NCBI GenBank assembly: GCA_964036045.1
Contig: OZ038378.1
Location: 187,364,001-187,428,000, forward strand
From: Eutreptiella sp. 'Long Island Sound 2002'
Lineage: Eukaryota; Protista; Euglenida
DNA length: 64,000 bases
Direction: 5' to 3'
Positions 60,015 through 64,000 of this stretch are shown in pieces. Within the stretch, counting starts at the first letter, position 1. The number at the start of each line of letters is the position of its first letter. Below the pieces are notes generated by a model that saw nothing but the letters and a program-made list of their open reading frames with translations, made no database searches and had not been told where the DNA came from. A program made the translations under genes and the position numbers.

Positions 60015-62745
60015 AAACATCACGTGACCTCCATCTGGAGGTGCACAGGGTGGCGGGGCGGGGTAAAGGGGGGGGGGGTGAAATTTGTAAATTGAGGCGC
60101 TCCGCAGCACGACGATTCAGGGGTCGGAACACTGCGCTCACGAATCGCTCGGGCATGACTCCCTGCCCCCACAGTCAGCAAGGGCGGGGGGCAAACTTTC
60201 ACAGTGGGCCGCCCCCCTGTACGGCGCAACTTGAGGCCGGCTGGCTGGTGGTCTAGGGCGAGAGCAAGCTGCAAGGGAAGGACACACGTTACCAGAGGAG
60301 GGTGCGGGCTCGGAGGCTGAAAGGGCTAGCGCCAGGTTCCAACAAGGGGTAACTGTTGTGCATGGGGTTCTCCCTGGTGGGTGCACTGCTTGCTTCTGTG
60401 AGACGGCAACCTGAGAGGGCGTCCGAGGAGGACACTTCGTTGCCTCCTGTCGGTCCCTCTGTCGCGACGTACCTCACAAGGTTATCCTAGGGGCCCAGGG
60501 ATTGGATAAGACTTGCCACATAACCTGCAACTAACCCCTTGGCGCAACGGCACCTTGTTGATACACTAGTGGCCTCCCTAACATGACCTCGGGCATACTG
60601 TAACCTGCACCTGCATAGCAGCGTTTGGGACCTTGATGGGCAGATGCGTGCCCCCCACTTGCGCAGGCACGGCCTTGCCCAAGCACGGCCTGCTCATGCC
60701 AACATTCTGCTTGCAACTGCAACCCAATGCTGTTTGTTTTGATGTAATTGTCAGCCATGGCTGATGGAGCTATCGCTGGCACGGCTGTTGTGTACATCCG
60801 GTCTAGCAGTGACAATGTGCCCGCCACAATCATTGGTCCTTCTACTCGGGAAGATGATTTCTTTCATGTGAGGTGCATGTGGAATGGGCACGAGATTGAG
60901 CATCATGCTCCTTTGGACCATGTCCTCTCCCCAACTCAATTCAATTGTGGTTAGGGTGAGGTATGGGCAGGTTTTCGCTTCGTACATTCTTTGGTACCGC
61001 GCATTGCGTGCAAGCACAGCCTTGTCCGAGCACAGGGACCGCGTCTGACCGTTTCTTCCTGACTTTCAACGTGCTTGCGCAGGGGGGGGGGGGGGGTACT
61101 TGACTGCCAACCCACGCCAGTTCCTACTTCACTGAAAGCCACCGTTGGTCGACCAGTGCTCTGTTGAGATGCAGGCGTACCCGACTGTGGCAACCTTTTT
61201 TTTTATTTTGTTCCAAATTCTCATTCAGGGGCCGCCCTGGCCATGGCATTTTGTCCTGTGCACACACACATGCACACGTGTCCGTGCAGTACAAGCCACG
61301 CGTCCCACGCACAGCTGCCTAGAGATGGGGCCACCGGCCTGGATATGAATGGAGCACCATCACTGCACGCCTGACCTTGGTGACCCATCGTGACATCTCC
61401 CTCAACCCCTCTTCCACCTTCCTTGCGCAAGAGTTCCTTAGAATTGATTTAAGTCTTTTTGCCCTCCAGAACATGCCACCCGCCCAATCTTTCGCAGTAG
61501 ACCTTCCACTCATGCCCTCCTTATCGCCATGTTTTCCACCGTGTGTCCCACACACACTGTCGGACAATGGCTTACCAAAACTGCCCATGGCATGCACTGA
61601 GAGCGCAAATCAACCCCACGGCGGGGTGATTGGCAATTGGCACACACAGACACTTAAGACGCACACTGCATCTATACTCAAAGGGGGCTCACCGTGTGCT
61701 GTGCGAAAAGTCCGCTATTTTCCACCACCGATAGCCACGGGTCCCAGGGTGATATCTGCACCGTACAGCCCCTGCTGGTACACCACGGATTTTTCCCTTT
61801 TATTCTGATGCTTGCCACGGGTCCCAGGATTCTGAGTTCTGCACCCCATGCTGTTTTGAATTGATCATGCTTCTGCAGGTGGGTAGTTTTCGGGGGTGTT
61901 ACCGGGATAAACAATGTAATAATTGGCGCTGTGCGAAAAACGCCCCCAAGCCATGAAGGTGATTCCACCTCCCCGTGTGACAGCGAAGTGGTATGGGCAT
62001 CCTGGGTTGCAGGTCGTGGTAGGGGCAACATGCATTGTGCACACACGATGCATTTTTACTGTGGTGCCCGGAGGGAGGAAAAAGTCCAACGGGCACATGT
62101 GATCTCAAACATTGCTGCAATGCCACTTGTAGGATGGTATGTATGTTAGCGACCGTTATGCTGTTGCTTCAATGATATTGGGCGTCACACACACGCAAAC
62201 ATTAAGTGGCACGAAAGCAGGAGGGGAACCTCCGATGCTGCTGAATCAAAAGGAAACCCCCTGGTGTCCTTGCATTGTACATGTGTATTGCACATGCACG
62301 CCCTTCAAATGGTGTGCGCAATACAAGGTCCTCCCTGACAAAGGCGAACTGATTTTCCACAGAGTTTTGGTCCAATTCCTGCTGCACCAGGGCAGATCAG
62401 GTTTTGAGGGTTCAGTCTTTGGCAGCAATTCTCATGAGGGGCCGACTTTTAGGGGCTGCTGCATGCACTGTGCGCCCACTATTTGTCCCTAGGGATCTCT
62501 GCATCTCTCCTGAGGGCATGTAGGTCCCCGTCCACGTGCCAAGAGAACCGAGAGATCCACAAGCCTCCTTGAATTAACAGCAACCACCCAAAAGCCTTTT
62601 GGCTGGGCCTCTTTGGACTGGTTTAGCGGGTGATGACAACTGGACACTTTTCTGTCAAACACTGCACCACTTCTCTCCTTTGCCTTGCCTTACTTTGCTG
62701 ATGCGATGTATGGACTACCAAAGCTGTCCAGTGTGCTATCACGAC

Positions 62746-63364
62746 CACGGGGGGACGTCTCCTGGGTTTTGGTACGTGACCCCCCCCCCCCCGTCCTGCC
62801 CTCCGGGCCCACTTAGTTGCCAAGGGTCAATAGCTACCGGCCATACATGTGGTGGCGCCGAAGGCACCCGAAATTTTTTTTCCATTCCCCTTGCCCATTT
62901 TGTCCCCTTTGCACCCCAACACTACCCTTGAACCCAACCTTGACTCTAACGCCCACCCCAACCCTCAGCCTACTCCTAACCCTACCCCAAAACTTACCCT
63001 TGAAGAGTGAGTGCTGGAGTCCAAAATGGAGAGCAATGATGTGGCAAAAGCAGCCATGAACGAAATTTGGGGGATCTTGTTCAGCCCAATCAACATGGCT
63101 TGCATGGCCAAACCAACTGGCTGCAAAGGTTAGGGTTAGGTTTATGGTGATGGTATGTTTCGAGGGAGGGCAAGGGGAGGTAAGGGGAGCCTGCCCCCCC
63201 CCCCCCCCTCAAATCACCCCACCTTGAACCCCCCCCCCCAACCGACCCTCACCCCCCTCCAATGCCCCCCCCCCCCCCCCCCCCCCCCCCCGGGGGGCCT
63301 TCGGCCCACTTCTACTGGGGGGGGGGGGGATTCACGTACAAAAGCGAGGAGACGTCCACCCGTG
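62746..63364. mobile_element. ~620-bp MITE with ~33-bp imperfect TIRs followed by C/G tracts
   Basis: Left CACGGGGGACGTCTCCTGGGTTTTGGTACGTGA; right reverse complement CACGGGTGGACGTCTCCTCGCTTTTGTACGTGA. Flanks ATCACGAC / ATCACCGC match 6 of 8 and may be an eroded 8-bp TSD. Confidence 0.7.
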
Positions 63365-64000
63365 ATCACCGCGCGTTGTTGATCATTGTAGGCGTAGATA
63401 TGTGGTGGTAAAACCATTAAGGGACGGGGCAGGCCATGATTGACCCAAATTTCCTTCCGGTGCGTTGTGTGTACCACTAGTGACAAGTCATACCTAGGCC
63501 TGGCTACCGTGGGCAACTAAGTGCGGCCAAAGGGAGGTGTGTGTGTAGGTGTGTGGGGTGGGGGGGTTGCACCTAGGAACCAAGGGGCCCCAAGCTACCA
63601 GTATTCACCACCCTCCCTTGTGCAAGCACAACTTTGTTGACGAATTGGCGGATGGATGGAATCAGGGGGCAGGGATGGATGAAATGGGCATGGAACGACG
63701 GGATCAGCGTGGACTAGACGGACGTAATCGGTGGATGGACGGAATCGGAAGATGTGCGGATGGTGGGAATCAGGGGATGTGCGGACGGACGGAACGGGTG
63801 CGGATGGGCGGAATTGCACAGATGGACTGAATCCGTGCCGACGGACGGAATTAGTGTTAATGGACGGAATGGACGGGTAGAATGGGCGGACATCTCCCCC
63901 TCACCTCTTGCGCAAGCACACGACTGGGTTCTAAGGGCGGGGGATGAGCTGACTCAAGCCAGCCTATGCAACATTCGATAGCACAATGGGCAAACTCAAG

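Overview
Eukaryotic, repeat-rich genomic DNA with GC-rich exons, GT-AG introns and many long C/G homopolymers. The gene types and N-terminal presequences suggest a euglenid-like protist, but this is inference. All five recognisable host genes lie on the + strand. (1) A pentapeptide-repeat gene, 5'-partial, with 5 exons between 818 and 19248. (2) A complete 3-exon LRRC34-like gene (2259-5658) inside the 12.4-kb first visible intron of that gene, on the same strand. (3, 4) Two intronless paralogues (24521-27361 and 45213-47645) built from 6 and 5 copies of a ~96-aa helical domain I do not recognise, behind an N-terminal hydrophobic leader. (5) An intronless 6-TM class III adenylate cyclase (54461-56614). 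Between the paralogues is a near-intact L1/Tx1-like non-LTR retrotransposon (ORF1; APE-RT-zf-RNase H) with one in-frame TAG and one +1 homopolymer frameshift. The rest is MITEs (TA and 8-bp target duplications), fold-back elements, a tRNA-derived element, micro- and minisatellites, and decayed retroelement fragments. I found no CRISPR array, rRNA or intact tRNA.
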